From the human T2T-CHM13v2.0 reference genome, Homo sapiens, in NCBI RefSeq assembly GCF_009914755.1, contig NC_060944.1: a DNA stretch of 64,000 nucleotides; one strand, 5' to 3'. The translations under genes and the position numbers were made by a program. Within the stretch, counting starts at the first letter, position 1, and the number at the start of each line of letters is the position of its first letter. Under the pieces are notes generated by a model. The model saw only the letters and a list, made by a program, of their open reading frames with translations, had not been told where the DNA came from and made no database searches. Shown here in pieces: positions 40,006-54,887 of the stretch.

Positions 40006-43000
40006 TAGATTTTAAAAAGAGCAAGGCCTGAGGCTTAATATATTACTAAGTAAAATTTAGAGGCAGGCTGATAGCAGGCTGTGGAACCTCTCTGAATCTC
40101 AGTTGCCTCCTCTGTACTATGGGGGTATTGATGTGAGGATTGAGGTATTCCACACAAAATGCTTGGCACTGCACTCTGTATCTCAGATGTATTCAGCTAA
40201 AAATAGAGTGATAACAATGATGATAGGATTTTAAGAACAGACCTTTCTTGATGCTTCAAAAGCTAGTGAGTTATTCTCTCTTTGAACTCCACAAAAGGGC
40301 CTAAAGAATATGTTTATGTCCAAACTCAGCGTCTCCACTTCATAGGGGTCTTATGGATGAAATCATGGGCGCATGGCCCCTGTGTGCATTCTGAAATGAA
40401 CCCCAGTGGCTTTTGAGACCTGGTTCCAGCCCTCGCGTGGGTGGGGGACTGTGCTTCATGGTTGAATTCTATGGAAAGTGCTTTATTGGTTAATCCTGTG
40501 GTCTTCTTAGGAGAGCACAGTTAATGTACCCTGAAGTCACCAGGAGGGGAAGGTCTCGGGCCAGTGATCGAGGACCGTCTAGAGGCAGTTATGAGTTACT
40601 TGCTTTTTGAATTTTCTTTTGTGCTGGCCAATGCAATTAGAACTTGTCCCTGGCCCTATTTATGGAGGAGGAGATCGAGGGTGAAGGACTGAGGCCTGGC
40701 TAGTTTAGTGCCTGGCAAGCCTAATCCAGCTGCATGGGGCAGGGAGACCAGGGTGACCTGCAGGGACCCCACTAAGCGCCCAGGCCAGAAAGCAGGTAGC
40801 TTCCCGGTGGCAGCCCCAGGCTTTGGCAGTGAAGCTGGAGTGAACCATCAGGCCTTGAGATGACTCCTGCCAGCCCCAAGTGCCTGGCACAGTGTGTGCA
40901 TATCAGTATGTGGGGAGGAGTAAGATGGGAGAATCGTTGAGCCAGGGCAGTCCTCGGGCCTGCCGCACCCCTGGGGAGGCTGAGTAGGGGGGCCTGAGGT
41001 CGGAGCAGGGATTGAGCAGTGTTGCCCTGCCCTGCCCCTCACTCCATCCAGGTGGCGTCTGTCATGCCTCTGAACCTCTTGGGGCCTGTTTCCTCATCTG
41101 TAAAATGGGCAGCAGAGAGTTTATGAGTATTAAAGGATGCAGTGAATGGAAAGTGCCCAGCAAAGGGCCTGGCACAGGAGGGGCAAAATAGAGGTTTGCT
41201 GTGAGGTTCATCTGGTGACTCGATTTTTCTTTGGATATTTTCCTTTTTTCGTTTTGTGATCATGCATGCCACCTTGGCTCTATGATAAATTACGTTGTGT
41301 GGACACCATAAGAGAGGTATTTGTGCTGGAAAAGGGTTTACAGTGGAGGAAGGCCCGTCTCCACCTTCAGGGAGGAAGGCTGCCTGGATCCAGCACGGCT
41401 CAGACAGCTCTGACACTGGGGCTGTCGTGTCTCTTTGTGGGCAGAAAGCACAGGTCCCAGGCTGGGCAGAGTGGGACCCTGTGGCTCAGGAGGCAGGATG
41501 GGCTTGCCGGAGACCCCACCCCCTCCCCGGGGCTGGAGTTGAAGCACAGTTGGGCTTTGTGCAGAGTCACGAGGGGCCGCTGAGGGGGAACTGCGCCCGG
41601 CTGAGCTCACAGGCCTCAGTTCTTGTAAGTGGTTTTGAAAGAGTCAGCGGAAAGTGCTGACTGAGCTGTTCTCCTTCACCCCAGAATTGTGAGGCTGCGG
41701 CTCCTGGCAGGGATAGGGGAGAAGCCCCACCGGGAAGCCACCCCCTCAGCTGCCAGCTCACACCTCCCAGGTGTCAAGTGCCCAGGCTGCAGAATGGGTG
41801 GATCTCTGTGCTGGGTGGTGCTGGGGACACTGACGCACGTCAGGGCCGTGCCTGCAGGTGATGCCTCATGCAGGGGGCTGTGTTTGGGGGTGTGCCTGGC
41901 CCTGTGATGGCAGGCGGCTTGGAGAAGCTCTCCCAACCCTGCTGATAGCCCGGAGGAGAGAACTGGGCTTAATAATCAGACCCCTGGGCTGACCTCCCCT
42001 CTGCAGTCCTGCACTGAGGTATTTGGCTTCTGTCATTTTTCTGACCCCATCAGCTTGTTGTGAAGGGCAAAGATGATGACCAGTTGACACAGTTAGAACT
42101 GGTCTGGGTTTGTCCCAGCGGTGTCATGCCTGGTCACCCAGGTCATGCTGATGTGGCCCTTGCCCTCACCCCACATCCTGCCATTCAGCAAGTCCCCAGG
42201 AGGTTGACACAGCACTGCACCTCCTCTGCCGCAGAGTTGCCTTGGCAGGAGGCCTTCCCTGACGCCCCTGTGCAAGCAGTTAGTTTCCTGTCTCCCCGCC
42301 CTGCTTTTCCCTGACCTGACAGATCCTTAAGGGGAGGCGTCTGGGTGTTGCAGTATCCCCAGTGCCTCGGACAGTGCCTGGCACAGGTAGCCCTCCAGAA
42401 ACCTTTTTGAATGAACGAAAAATCTGTCCCCTGCTACTCCCGTCCCTGCCTTAGGGCTCACTCACAAACCCTGTCTGTGCTTTTCTCCAGTCTCCTTAGC
42501 ACTGGTCCCACCCTAGGCCGGGAACGTGCCCCCCGCCTGCCCGGTGCCCATCCAGACTCCCACTCACGGCGGCAGCCACCGGGTGGCAGGGCCTGTGTGT
42601 CTCCAGCGCCTGTGCCTGCCCCGCCCCCTTCCTGGTGCCTTGGGCGGCAGGTCGTGTGCCTCCTGGCAGGTGTGCCTCCTGCCCTTCCCCAGGGTGCCTC
42701 GGGGAGCCAACCTGCATGGCTGACTTGCCCAGGAAGTGCAGGGCGACCCGGGTGGGGCTGGGGCAGGCCCTGAGCAGAGGCGGGAGGTGTGTTCTCCCCA
42801 CCTGACGCTGGAAGCCTTCCCCACTCCCCGCTCCCGACTCCCAACTCCCAGGGCGGGGTGAGGCGGCTGCCACAGTCATGGGAGGAAGCTCAGGAGAGTG
42901 CATAGTGTGGGACCAGGGGATTCCAAGCCAGTCCAGGTGAGTTCCCGGAGAGAGAGAAAAGGGACAGCGTTGGAATCACACGTTGAGAGATGATACTGTT

Positions 43001-44079
43001 AGCAGTGCCTCTGAGCCTCTGCACGTGCAGTTTCCCTGCGTGGAGCTCACTTCTCTCTCCTGGGAATTTCCACCCCCTCTTCCACCCTCCATTAGGTCTT
43101 CCTTCCCATTGTCTCTTGAATTCTTCATGATCCTTATTTCTGTACCTTTGAGTTCACTGGCTGTGAGCCTCAGGGCAGGGGGCCCTGTCTCTTGAATCCA
43201 TTGCTGCGGAATCTCCAGGGGCTGATGCAGGGCCAGGCAAGGGTGCATCTTGGGGGAGACAAAACATACAAATATAGGTCTCTCTAAGGACTTCTGATGA
43301 GGAGGCTTGGACCCAGCAGAGAGCAGAACAGATGTGATGGTCATTCCCATTTTGCGGATGAGGAAACGGTCTTTCCAAGATCACTCAGAGCTAGACCCCA
43401 TTCCTGCTTCCTGGCTCCTGTCCTCCAAGGGAGCAGTCCCAGCGCAGAGGTTGGACCTGCAGAGGGTGTTGAGATGCAGAGAGAAAGACGGGGAGGATGC
43501 GGCTGTGTGTGTCGGTGTGTGAGCAAGGTTGGGCAAGGACATCTGTGTGGCCTGAGGTGCTTTGTATGCCTGGAGAGCAGAGGGCTTTGGGAGCTGGGCA
43601 GCAGCGGGGTGGAGGGAGACCCAAGCCTAAGCCCAGGGTGGAGGGAGCTTGGGCACTGCCTGGCCTTGTGGCTGTCTCTGCCTCTTCCTCTCCGGCACTG
43701 TCAGACCTCAGTGGCTGTGGGCTGGCCAGGAGGCTGCAACTGGAACCTGAGCCTTGGCTGTACATTGGCATCATGTAGGTCCCTAAAAAAAAAAAAAATA
43801 CATGGTTGGGCCCCACCCCAGAGAGTCTAATTTAGATGACCTGGTATAGGTAGGGGTTATTTGTAAAAATCTCCAGGTGAGTCTAATGTACTGGTTGGGA
43901 GAAGTTCCTGTCTCTTGGGCCTTATAAGCTGTAGGGCCTGGGCCAGGCTCCCTGCCCGCTTCATCCTAGCTCTGCATTTCAGAACAGCGGGGTCTGAGGC
44001 CCTGAGAGGGGTTGGTTGGGGGAGTGTTTACCTGGGGACTTCCACTTTGGGGAGTCTCTGGGGAGAGAGAGATGCTGAC

Positions 44080-44598
44080 TCTTAGTTACCTATTGTTGGC
44101 TAACCAATGACTCCAAAACTGGTAGCTTAAAATGGCAGTCAGCATTTATTATGCTCACAGTTTCTGTAGGTTGGGAATTTGGTAGCAGTTTAGTTGGGTG
44201 GTTCTGGCTCGGGGTCTCTAGTGAGGTTGCAGTCACAGTGTCAGCCAGCGCTGCAGTCATCTGAAGGGAGCAGGAGGATTTGCTTCCAAGATGGTGTGCT
44301 CACATGCTTGGCAGGATGGTTTGGCTGTTGATGGGAGGGCTCAGTTCCGTGCCCTGTGGGCTGCCCCAGGGTTGCTTGAGTGTCCTCCCCACATGGTGAC
44401 TGGCTTCTCCCAGAGTAAGCTGCCCAAGGGAGCAAGGTGGAAGCCACAGTGTCTTTTATGTCTACTTTCAGAAGTAACATTCCATCATTTCTGCAATATC
44501 CTGTTAGCTGCAGTGGTCAGCTTGGGAGAGAACTACACCAAGGCACGAATCCCAGGAGGTAGGGATCATTGAGGGGCATCTTAGAGGCTGGTGGCCGC
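44080..44598 (-). mobile_element. MLT1F-like MaLR solo LTR
   Basis: catttattatgctcacagtttctgtagg...gggatcattgaggggcatcttagaggctgg. Confidence 0.7.
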
Positions 44599-45477
44599 AT
44601 AAATTGTCCTGTTGTTGCACCTGCAGCTTCACAACCCTAGCCTGGGAGCTCCAAGCACCCCTACCAAGTAGGATAGTGGGGTGACCCTTCTATCCTGATC
44701 CCCTGTTCTTCCCATTGTCATTCCATAACAGTGTCTCTGTGGGGTAGGGTGGCTCTCTCTGAGGCCTGGGGCCCTGCTCTGGAATCATTCTGCAGGGGGA
44801 TCTGTGATCTGTCTACTGGCTGGGCTTCCTTCATCCCCACCCCTGCCTGTCACCCGGCCCGATCTTCCCTGCAGTGACTACCACTAGTGTGCAGACTGGG
44901 GCCTGTAGGAAAACATAAGGACTATTGCTGCTACACATCTGGCTCTGGGATAAGCCGTCTGCATGCGTTGTCACACACCTCTGTGGGGCAGGCACACTTT
45001 ATCCCCATTTTACTGATGAGGAAACTGAGGCTTAGATCACTCATCTAATAAGTGGTGGGGATTCAAATGACTGGTATTCAAAGCCAGCGTCAGACCCCAG
45101 GACCTGTGTGAAAGCTGTGGTACTATAAGGTGTTCCCAAAGGATAGGACTATTTATTAAGTTGGGTCGTCAAATGAAACATAAGGAAATATGCTTTCATG
45201 ATTTGTGTGTGTGTGTGTGTAAGAGAAGTGTCTCTTCCTGGGGTTCGCCGAAGGCTGTGGTGACTTGGGTGCCTCAAAACAGGGCTGATACCTTGGTGTT
45301 GAAGCTAGTATTCCCTCTCTGGGTTTCGGCTGTGTCAGGAGACTTTTTTTCTAAGGAAGCGGGCAGCTGTGAGTACCATCGCCTGTTGGCCCTCCCCTGC
45401 CAGTGGCCTGGTCTGCTGTTACCAAGGGCAGTCTTGCACCAACGTATTCACCAGGGCAGTGACCGGCTCTGTGGTGT

Positions 45478-46087
<610 letters not shown>

Positions 46088-46698
46088 TGGTCTTTCTTAC
46101 ACCTTTGTGGTTGATGACTTCCTGGAGGGGAATTCAGAGTTGGGATGTTAGGTCCTGCTCACAGGGAGGGAATCCAGACCATGGGGTCTTATCCTAAGGG
46201 CCACTAAAGGGAGCTGCAGTAGACTTTGCTGGGGATACAGGAGGCTGGTGAATAGGTTCAGGAGTCAGGGCTGGCCTCTCTCAGGGTAGGGGTGATTTTC
46301 CCCATTTGACAAATGGGGAAAATGAGGTTCAAGTGCTAACAGACTCTCCCAAGGCCACACTGGTTAGTGGCAGAGGCTGCTGCTGGGCAGTTCATCTTCT
46401 CTAGGAACATCTGGAGTGGCATAGTCCTCCCAGCAGATCTCTGGTTGCTGAGGGGGCATGGAGCTTGCCTACCTCTGGAAGATCTGGAATCTGAGGGGAA
46501 GAATGTGGGTTCTGCCTGCTGAGAGGTGACTATCTATCTGGCAAGCCAGGGACATCTGCAGATAGACATACACAAAGATGGGAAGCAAGGCATGGGGTGT
46601 GAGAAACCTGGAGGTGGAAACTTAGCTGGTGGGGCTGGCCCAGAGCTTGAAAAGTTCACAGGAGGTGTTCAGAGCAATTGTGCCTAGCGCCTGATCTA

Positions 46699-46755
46699 AT
46701 CTGTTGTCAGAGTGTGATCTATTGTCAGAGTGTGATCTATTGTCAGAGTGTGATC
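46699..46755. repeat. 18-bp tandem repeat x3 (ATCTATTGTCAGAGTGTG)
   Basis: Copies at 46699, 46717 and 46735; one mismatch in total. Confidence 0.95.
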
Positions 46756-46944
46756 GAGTTGCTAATTTTTGCTGAAGGTGGGACCTATAGGGTGAGGCTT
46801 GGGATGAAGCTGCAGGGGTGTGGCCTGGGGAAGTAACTGCAGTACCAAGCTCTGTTCTGGCCCATCTCTACCTGTGTCTCTCTCTGATACTGTCATCAAG
46901 GCCCTCAGTGAGCTTTCGGAAAGACCCTGCCCTTTGTCTGACTT

Positions 46945-47104
46945 CTTTTTTTTGAGACAAGGTCTTGCTCTGTCTCCCAGGCTGGAGTGCAGTGGTGTGA
47001 TCATGGTTCACTGTATCCTCGACTTCCTAGACTGAAGCAATCCTCCTGCCTTGGCCTCCCAAAGTGCTGGAATTACAGGTGTGAGCCACTGTGCCCTCCC
47101 AGCC
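46945..47104 (-). mobile_element. Internally deleted Alu (AluJ-like)
   Basis: Antisense right-arm start joined to left-arm end. Confidence 0.88.
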
Positions 47105-49061
47105 TCTCTGGCTTCTTTCTGAGCTTTCTTCCCCTCCTCCACCCCCAGTTAGGTTTCTAGTTGAGTAGTCTCCTGGGTCTGCCCCTACAGGGAGCTATAA
47201 AATCACCTTATGCCTCCCAGGCAAAAGGGTCCTGAAACAATGAACCTCGGTGGTATGCAGGACACCAAGGGAAACAGAGATGGCCCCAGAGTGCTCACCT
47301 CTCCCGGGGGCCTCCCGCTCTTGCCTCCCAGTGCCTGTGGGGGCCGTGTCTTTGGCTCTGTCCCTCCATGCACTGAATCAATGGCTGCTTCTCCTTGCAA
47401 CACATGCCTGCCAAGGCCCCCTGGCTCCCTTCTTCTCATCTGAAATTCGCTTACAAAGCCTTTTTAAAGTTGTGCTTTTAGGGACTTTATGATTTTAGGG
47501 AAGAAATGTGGGTAGCAATGACAATGTAATTGGAAAGAAGTCTGGGTGCCAGGCAGGATGATGGAGGCCTTCCCTGTTTTTGGCCTGTGAGGGCCAGGGG
47601 ACATTGCTGGGGGCGGGGGCTCTGCTGAAAGAGGCTCCCAAGCTTTTCCCTTTCATGAGCTTGGAGCTGGCTAATGGCCACCACCTCTGATGCCCCTTCC
47701 CCTCAACAATGGGGAGGATGGTCAGGCTGAGTCAGGATTGAGGGGCTCAGGCCGAGTCAGTATTGGGTTGGGGTCAGTCAGATACAGATGTGAGGTGCCT
47801 GCATGATGTCAGTGTCAAGGTCCAGCCTGATAGTAGGGTTGGGGCCAAGGTGAAGGCTGGGTTCTGAGCTCAGATGAAGATTGGGGTTCTTCTATAAGTG
47901 AGACAGAGCTCTGGGCCCTAGGAAAGGTGACTTCTGTACTGGTCTCTTTGGGGATCTTCCTCCCTCTCCCGCCCTCTCCGAGATGACCTTTGCAGTGGCC
48001 ACACCTTTTACCTGTGCTAATTTAATATTCCTACAAGTCGGCTGTACCTATCCCCATTTTACGGATGGGAAAGCTTGAAGACCAAAGTGAGCCTTTAAAT
48101 ATCAGATAGGGCTTGGACAAGTGTGCCCAGGTAGTGGGGTACAGAGGGTGCGTCCTTGGAGTGAGTTCAGAGGTGTTGGCCAAGTGGGGCCTGGAGAAGG
48201 GAAGACACTGGCCCAGGGGTCACCTGGCAAGGTAGAGATTGAGCTGGGGCCTGATTCCCAGGTCTGGGCCAGTGTTCTCTCCCTCCTCTTCTGTCTCCTG
48301 GGTTCATGAGCTGCCCCTGCTCTGTTCCCCACACCTGTACCCCGATTCTCCCACCGTGGCAGCCCAGCCTGGCCCAGCAGTCCTTTTACTTCCTGGCCAG
48401 CCTGAGTGAGGAGGCTGGGGAGGGTCTGGCTGGGAGGAGTTGGGGCCCAGCCCCTCCCTGGTTGAGGGGTGGGAGGAGCCTCACCGCAGACACAGAGCCC
48501 CTTTGTCTGGGCCGTTGTGCAAAGCAGCTGGTCTGGGATTTCTGGGCGTTTTTACATTTGAAGAATAATTGCATTGTCTGGGGGGCCTCAAGAATCCAAA
48601 TCCCTCCCCAGACTTCCAGGCAGTCCAAAGATGTGCCCCTGGAGCAGCTCCCCAGCTTCCCTCCCACTCCCTCTCCTCCTGTTAGAAACCTGAGAAAGAG
48701 CCGGGTGGGGGTGGGGGGGTGGGGAGGGGGCATGGGGAACTGAGGTGGGGCTGCTGCCCTCAGGGACCAGAAGTCTCCATTGGGAAGAGAGGTTTAAAGT
48801 CCCCAAGGCTGGTCGGGGGCAAGTGAGCTGTCCCCTGCTGCCGAGGGCACCACAGCCCTGAACAGGTCTCATGAGCAGATGTGCGGTTGGAGGAGGGAGG
48901 AGGCTGGTGGAAGGCTGGGTCTGTTTTGGGGCACTTCAGCTGGTGGAGTCCTGGGCCCCAAGGGGAGCCAGGCAAAGTGAGCCAGGTGGGCCAATTTCCT
49001 GGGAGCCTCACTCTTCTTCTCTGGGAAGCGGATTAGGAAATTCATCCCCGGGTGACCTTGA

Positions 49062-49898
<837 letters not shown>

Positions 49899-51060
49899 CC
49901 TGGCCAGATTTTTATCTCTTGTGAGGGGCGTCTTGGAAGGGTGTGGGGTACGGGAGGCTGGCCTCTCCTGGCACTGTTTTGTTTCAGTAGCCACTCTTGG
50001 AGAGGGAGTGATGTGCTGATTTTTGGGTGATGCTGAGGTGGGCTTCAATGTTAAAGAAAGGGCACTGCACACCCAGCTGGGTGATTGATTCCACTGTGGT
50101 TCACTCACAGGGTTTGGCCGCGCTCACCTTGGGCAGGGGCTCGCCAGTCTAGCCTGGGACCTCAGCCCTGCCCTGTGGCTGTGGGGCTTCAGCCTCATTC
50201 TTGAGATAACAGACAACAGAATTTCCTGGGGTGAGATGCCTGTGCTTTGGGGGTAGGCTGGGGGTCAGGTGACAGTGCAGAACCAGTACGAGGGACTCAC
50301 ATTTCAAGGGTGTCTGTTGCTTCAGGAAACAGTAACGGAGCAGGCCTTGCTGGTGGTTCGAGCAACACCCACCCCGAAATCACACAAGGCCGTGCATACT
50401 AAGAGAACCCAGAACCAGCTTCTCTGATGTGTATGCGGGAGGCTGTTTCCTGCAGGCCTTCAGGTGGGCGGGGCTGGGGAGGCTCCAGACTTTTGGTGAA
50501 GTTGGGGGTCTGTGTGTATGTTTTGGCGGGGAGTTGTGATTGAGAACTGAAGCTAGAAAGGCCAGCTGGGTCCAGAGGGCAAGGCTGACATGCAGAGATC
50601 TTCCCCAGGCCTGCTACATAGTAGGTGCTCAGTGAATTGCTAAATTATATTCCCTGGCCAGCGAGATGCCCAGCTGTGCTTATCCTTGGAGGGTGGGGCT
50701 GGGAGATTGAGACCCGCATGGGTGAGGCTCACATAGAGGAGGCGGGGTGGGGGGGTGCTTCTGGCGCAGTTGGGGGTGGAGGTGACATGATTCAGGCTGT
50801 GGAGTTGCCATGGCTTGACCCGATGAATGAGGAGGGTCTCCCACTAAGGGTGACTCCAGATTTGAGCCTAGGGACTGCTTGGTGGTCCTGTAATTTGCCC
50901 TCAATGAGGAAAGTGCCAGGAGTTGGGTGGTGCCTCCTGTTTAGTTCTGGGCATTTCCAGGCGGGGCTTGGCAGGGTCAGACGTTGGAGACCAGGACTAA
51001 CGCGTGTCTCTCTAGTATTTGGCCATTAGAAGGTACTTGCTGGAGTGTAAATTTCTTCAC

Positions 51061-51136
51061 TTTTTTTTTTCTGAGACAGGGTCTCACTCTGTTGCCCAGG
51101 CTGGAGCACCATGGTGCCATCTCAGCTCACTGCAAC
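51061..51136 (-). mobile_element. Severely 5'-truncated Alu with TSD
   Basis: ~76 bp of Alu 3' end flanked by gag(t/c)gtaaatttct. Confidence 0.88.
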
Positions 51137-52779
51137 TAGAGCGTAAATTTCTGAGGGTGTCAAAATGAAATTGGGGAGGATGTTCCAGGGATGGGATGAA
51201 GAAGTGGCAGTTCACACAAACTTTGGTGGCTCGTGCCCACTCTGGTCACCTGACCTCTGAGTCTTTATTCTATTCATCCGTCTTTGGCAACCCTGCCACA
51301 GGACGGGGTTTTTCCTCCCTCTTTTCCTCTCTCCATACCCTGCTGCCTTCCTGTGTCCAATGTGGCCTCTTGGGACACTTCAGTCAGGGTGGTGGTGGCT
51401 CTGGACAGCTGGGGGAGGCGGTGGCCTGCAGGCTGGAGAACTGGCTGCGTGGTATCTTGGATGAAATTGCCAGGGGACCGGGGGGTGCACTCATGCCCTG
51501 GCTGGCCTGATTTCTTGGCACTCCTAGGCATTGCCTGCTTGGGGACATGGAGAATAACCTCAAGGCGTGGGTGCAGGCGCTGGGCAAGAGGCTCACACCC
51601 CCACTTTGCCATGGAAGCAGGAGCAAGAAGGCAAGTGTCTGTTGCCCGCCCTCCTCCTCTTCCCTGCCTGGCTGAGCCAGCACTTTTTTCTTCTCTCCTT
51701 TATCTGCTCAGAAAGTACAGGGTGTTCTGTTTCTCCTGTGCATACAGATCAAGGAGCGGATGTTATTTCTTTCTTTCTTTCCCCAAGGCGAGAGAAGGAC
51801 AGGGCAGGCACCGAGTACCATTTAAGCGATTCTCCTTCCTCAGTAAGGCAGTTTCTCATACATTAAAACAAAACAAAACAAAACCCAGAAGGGAAAGGAA
51901 ACGATGACACAAACCAACAGAAAACAAGTTGCCCCTTAGTGCCCCCACTCCCCAGCAGGCATTTAGCACACAGTAGGTGTCCTGGCTATGTTCTCTCTCT
52001 CCCTTTCAGTTGGACCACAGGGTGTGCTGGCTCCATGGGATGATATCAGGGCCACAGGACGGACTCATTTCTCTGCCCTCTGTGGGCTGTGTAGGGGGCT
52101 CCTCTGGCTTCCTGGAGGCATTGGGGATTGACAGGCTTATCTGGGACAGGGCCTGAGGAGGGACAGGACCGTGGGATTAGCTGTGAGGGTCAGAATGCAG
52201 GGGACTCACGTGGCCCCTGCTTACTTGCGTGTCATTCCATGTGCGATGTCTGTTTGAGTTCAAAGTCTCTGAGACCAGGTGCAGGGAGCTGGGGGTTCTT
52301 TCTGTGCTGATCTTGGAGGCAGAGTGGCTGCCTGCATTCATTCCACGGTCCATTCCACAGCTTGTTCCAAAGACAGTCTGCTCATGATGTAGCTTCTGCA
52401 CTTGACAAATTATTTTCATGCACGAGGCCCTTGAAAATGTTGACAGTCTTGTGACATCCATGGAGGGCCTTATTTGACGGTCACAAAGGAGCGGTGAGGA
52501 CAAGCGGGCCATGCATGGCTCTGGGAGCAGGGAAGGCAGGTAGCTGGCTGGGACGGCCCTGCTGGCACCGAGCGCTGTTCCCCTATCCTGGCTTCCCAAC
52601 GCTGGAGCTTATCTGGTCCCCTGGTTTTCAGAGGTGGTGCTCCAGGGAGCCTGGGGTGAGGGGGACCCCCAGTTTAATACCTGCTACACCCTGACCCCCA
52701 TAGCAGCTTTTTAAGAAGGGGTTCCACCAGTAAGGCGTGAGAGCCACTGCAGCCATCCCTTTCCGTAGTGGATAGGAGA

Positions 52780-53460
52780 CTGTGTGTGGGGTGGCCTGGG
52801 GCAGACCCGCCGGGCGGGTTGCGGCGCCACGTCAGTCCAGGGTGCCCAGGGTGGCGGCGTCCCCGTCGCAGCTGGCGCGGCCCCTCCGGAGCACGCCGCG
52901 TGTTTACCGACCTGACGCAGCGTCCCGGCCCGGCTGGCAGACATCCGGCGGCATCGCCGCTGACCCTCCCCGCCCGCCCCGTGCAGGCGGCCACATCCTC
53001 ACCTCTAAATTTAGTTTGCAGGAAGGAGAACCTGGGGTAGGGTGGGGGAGGACTGGAGCCAGCCCTGATCCGTGTCCTCTCGGGAGGGAGGCAGGACCTA
53101 GCATCTCTGGGGCGAGGGAGGAGAGGGACGGGAGTCAGAGGACAGAGGCGGGGAGGAGGAAAGGGCCGGAGCCGCCCTGCTCCCGGCGTGGCCTCATCCC
53201 CAGCGAAAGCGCGACACCCGCTGTCTGGGAAGGGGAGCGGGAGCCCTTGCCTCCGAACTGGACGCTGCCCGGATGTGGCTCCGGGTCTCGGGCGCCACCT
53301 ACCGGCCCTTTTGGGAACCGATTCTGCACGGAGTTGGCGGGCCTGGGTCTCAGGGGGACTTGGAGGGATTTTAGGGGCTGGAGGGTGGGTGGGTGGGAGG
53401 GGGGGTGGTGGAGGGAGGATTCCCGTCCAGGCCCAGGCATCGCGGGGGCAGGTGCAATGG
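52780..53460. promoter_or_regulatory. Intragenic CpG island in intron 1 with CTCF-consensus and TGACGTGGC motifs
   Basis: Local CpG-dense, repeat-free tract; CCGGTAGGTGGCGC on - strand (53292-53305); GCCACGTCA 52826-52834; GC boxes. Confidence 0.7.
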
Positions 53461-53679
53461 GCGGGGGAGGCACAAAGAGCAGCTTCTCAGCCTAAGCGTA
53501 TTTCGGAAAAAGCCTCCTTTGTTCACCCATGTCACTTAAGGGATGTTAAGGACGCTGCGGTTCCAAGTGGGATAGAAACCTCAGTGGTCAGACCCTGAAA
53601 TGCATGGAGAAGAAAGTCAGTGTGGCAGCCTTTGACGGATTGATTGGAGGGCAGGAATGACTATCTTGTTAGTGAGGTC

Positions 53680-54230
53680 TATGTAGATACATACAGTGAA
53701 TTACACATATCTCAACTGTGCAGCTCAGCGAATCTTCATACGTGCACTGGGTACCCACCCTTCAGATTAAGATATTTATTCCGTCTACCCCAGAAAGGCC
53801 CCTCCTGCCCCCTTCAGTCATCTCCCTGCCTTCTAACCTCTCTTCTGACCTCTGGCTTCATAGATTGGGTTTGCCTCTTCCTGAGCTTCGTGTGAATGAA
53901 GTCATACAGTCCGTGCCCTTGTCTCTGGCTTCTTTTGCTCAGTGCGTGATTGAGGTGCATCTGTGTGGTTGGGAGTGTCAGTACTTGGGTTCTGTCTACT
54001 GCTGAAGAATAGTCCGTGGTATGGATATGCTATGTACAGCACCGCATATGTCTCTGTTCTCCTGCTGATAGACCCGTGGGGTGTTTTTATTTTCAGGCTG
54101 TTACGAATATAGGTGCTGTGCACACTCTTTAACTTGTGTCTTTGGTGGAATGTGCCCTCTTTCTGTTGGGTGTATTCTTAAGAGTGGGATTGCTATGTCA
54201 TGGGAACAGTTATGCGCAGCTTTATTAGGT
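53680..54230 (-). mobile_element. Old L1 (L1M) 3' end fragment
   Basis: ctggcttcttttgctcag; gctgaagaatagtccgtggtatggatatg; aagagtgggattgctatgtcatggg. Confidence 0.7.
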
Positions 54231-54887
54231 ACGGGTGACAGTGCCCCTTGTTTGCTGTCCGGCAGCCACCTTCCGCCCACATTTGTTCCCTGTTAGATCC
54301 TGGATACTGTTAGATTCTGCAACTTTTGCCACTTAAACCCCAGCAAAGACAACTGGAATCTAAATTGCTTGAATCAGGGAAGGAACAGGGACAGCATCTG
54401 AGCTGAGTGGTTCCTCAGGGTGGCCCCCAGATATCTCCAAACCCTCCGGGTCATTCTGGGAAGAGAAAAGCAGCCTCTCCTAGCCCTGGGGCCAGATTTG
54501 GGGACCCCCTTGGCCTCCCAGCCATCAGCTCCCCTAGTCTGGCGTCTCTGAGCAAACTGGCTTAGTGTAACTGTCAATTTCATGTCTGGCCTCTGGTGCC
54601 ATGGGTCCTCTTGGTCCACTGTTTCCTGGGCTCCTTGCTGCTTTGTGGTGGCTGAGGGACTGGGTGGCTGGGAAAACAACCTACCCGGAATAGCAGGCTT
54701 GTTGGATGCAGGCCTCGTGGCACTTTCTTGGGGGAGGGCGGGACTATGTCCTGCCCACCAAATTGCCACTTCGGTGAGGCTGTGAAAGACCAACAGAAAG
54801 CCAGAGACAAGAGAAGGGGCAAGGGAAAGAGAGAGAGAGTGCCAGGGAAAAGCCAGGCAAAGGAGGGAGAGCAGAGGGTCCAGGGTT

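Noticed and set aside
52674-53598. Long ORFs up to 237 aa in the intragenic island
   Set aside because: Same GC-composition artefact; no motif support
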